Shown in pieces: positions 62,625 to 64,000 of a DNA stretch of 64,000 nucleotides. Source of the DNA: Balanoglossus misakiensis (taxonomy: Eukaryota > Animalia > Hemichordata). The position numbers and the translations under genes are program-made. Within the stretch, counting starts at the first letter, position 1. Each line of letters starts with the position of its first letter. The notes below the pieces were generated by a model, which did no database searches, was not told where the DNA came from, and was given only the letters and a program-made list of their open reading frames with translations. The stretch is taken from positions 7,820,232 through 7,884,231 of the forward strand of contig CM082589.2 in the NCBI GenBank assembly GCA_040954595.2, in the 5' to 3' direction.

Positions 62625-64000
62625 TAATGACATTTACACATTTTGTTCAGTGTCAGATTGCAAAATTTATTTACCAACCTCATGTCGTAAACATCAGAGT
62701 TCATGACCATTCTGTCATCTTAGGAATTTTCTGGTCAAAATTAATTTACATATACAATCAGAAATCCTAGACATCTTTTGAAAACCACACTTTTTACCAA
62801 ACTAACTAAATATTGCAGACATTGTTTCAAAAAACCTTTACAATACTATGGCAACTACCTGCAGAAGTAGATCATTATATATACTTGTTACAGCCACATG
62901 TTGTGGATATATGAAGTCATTAGACCCTTGAGCTTCAGAGTCTATGGTTAAATTAACTCTCAGCAACGACATATGGAATACAACCTCACTTTCATCAACA
63001 ATAAATTACAGAAATTTCCGACCGGTTGTAGGGTACACAAATCCAACAATGAGTTCTTAAAAAGAAATCTTAAAATATTCAGTCAATTGTCTGGAACATC
63101 CAAACTAGTTGACACCATGGAAATGGATGTAACATTTGACCAAACACAGCTATCAACTGGGGTCTGATTTTATAAGCAACAACAACCAAAGTGTAGTATC
63201 AACACATTCAATCTGCTTTTACTCAGGACAACAACAGTGAGGCCGACAGACACAACCAATCTAACCAAATAAAAACAACAACTTTGCTATTGCTAAAACT
63301 GATTCATAATGTAATATAATTTTGTGACGTAATTTAATGGCATTTACAGATCAAACCAATGTTTCTATGGATATTCCTGGCAAATGAAATAGTGAGAACT
63401 GTGGCAGGTCAACATAACAGTAATATCAGATAAAAGACAACAGTTTATGAATAATTCTAACCAAGTATCACTGAAACTGGTCTTATCTGTCCATAACCAG
63501 CGCTGATCACACATAATCAGAGCTACCAATACTAATTTGTCTAATTCCCACAGATTACTATGTCACGACTTTGACAACACCATATTGCTCTCGACTGTGT
63601 AATCTCACTGCAAATAAAATACCTAAAAAGCAATGTTAAGTTCTACAAAGCCCTCCTATATTTGTACATGTATCTTTTTAAGAGTCTATCTTTATCCAAT
63701 AAACCTTTTCTCAGTATTTCAATTTTTACACTGCTTTGTCATGATGAAACATCTGCTCGATGGTCCTTCTCAAATTGATCTGTGCTAAAACGAAAGTTCT
63801 AAGTTAGCTGTGGTTAAGGTATGAATACACAGTAACTATGACTTGCATCAAGAATACTAATCTATACATTCTTTGATTTCGCATTTGAATTGTCTTAAAG
63901 TCAACTTCATATTACTTTAGTGTAGAAAGAAAGTACATTCACTGTCATCGACAAAATTTCCAATTTCATAATGTTTGTTTTGTGGTGAAATGTAAAAATG

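Overview
AT-rich metazoan genomic DNA with GT-AG introns and many MITEs; a marine invertebrate deuterostome is plausible but only inferred. Three parts. (1) About 2.0-29 kb: a 29-coding-exon adhesion GPCR gene on +, assembled by hand with consistent intron phases (3996 nt, 1331 aa): signal peptide - F5/8C discoidin - Ig - degenerate C-type-lectin-like - Ig - Ig - GAIN/GPS - 7TM (ADGRD1/GPR133-like by recalled similarity) - Ser-rich tail. Its introns hold many TTAA-flanked (Kolobok/T2-type) and TA-flanked MITEs. (2) About 32.6-56.7 kb: a nested repeat complex. A 190-bp tandem repeat is followed by about 206 copies of an 88-bp satellite with higher-order duplications, an inversion and about 28 reverse copies, then a ~501-bp tandem unit carrying a tRNA-like Pol III A/B-box gene, a 5'-inverted LINE fragment, a TA-flanked MITE, and finally a resumption of the 190-bp repeat. 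(3) 58.5-60.4 kb: a BTB-BACK-Kelch gene with an intronless, GC-rich CDS. All coordinates were read by eye and no database search was run.
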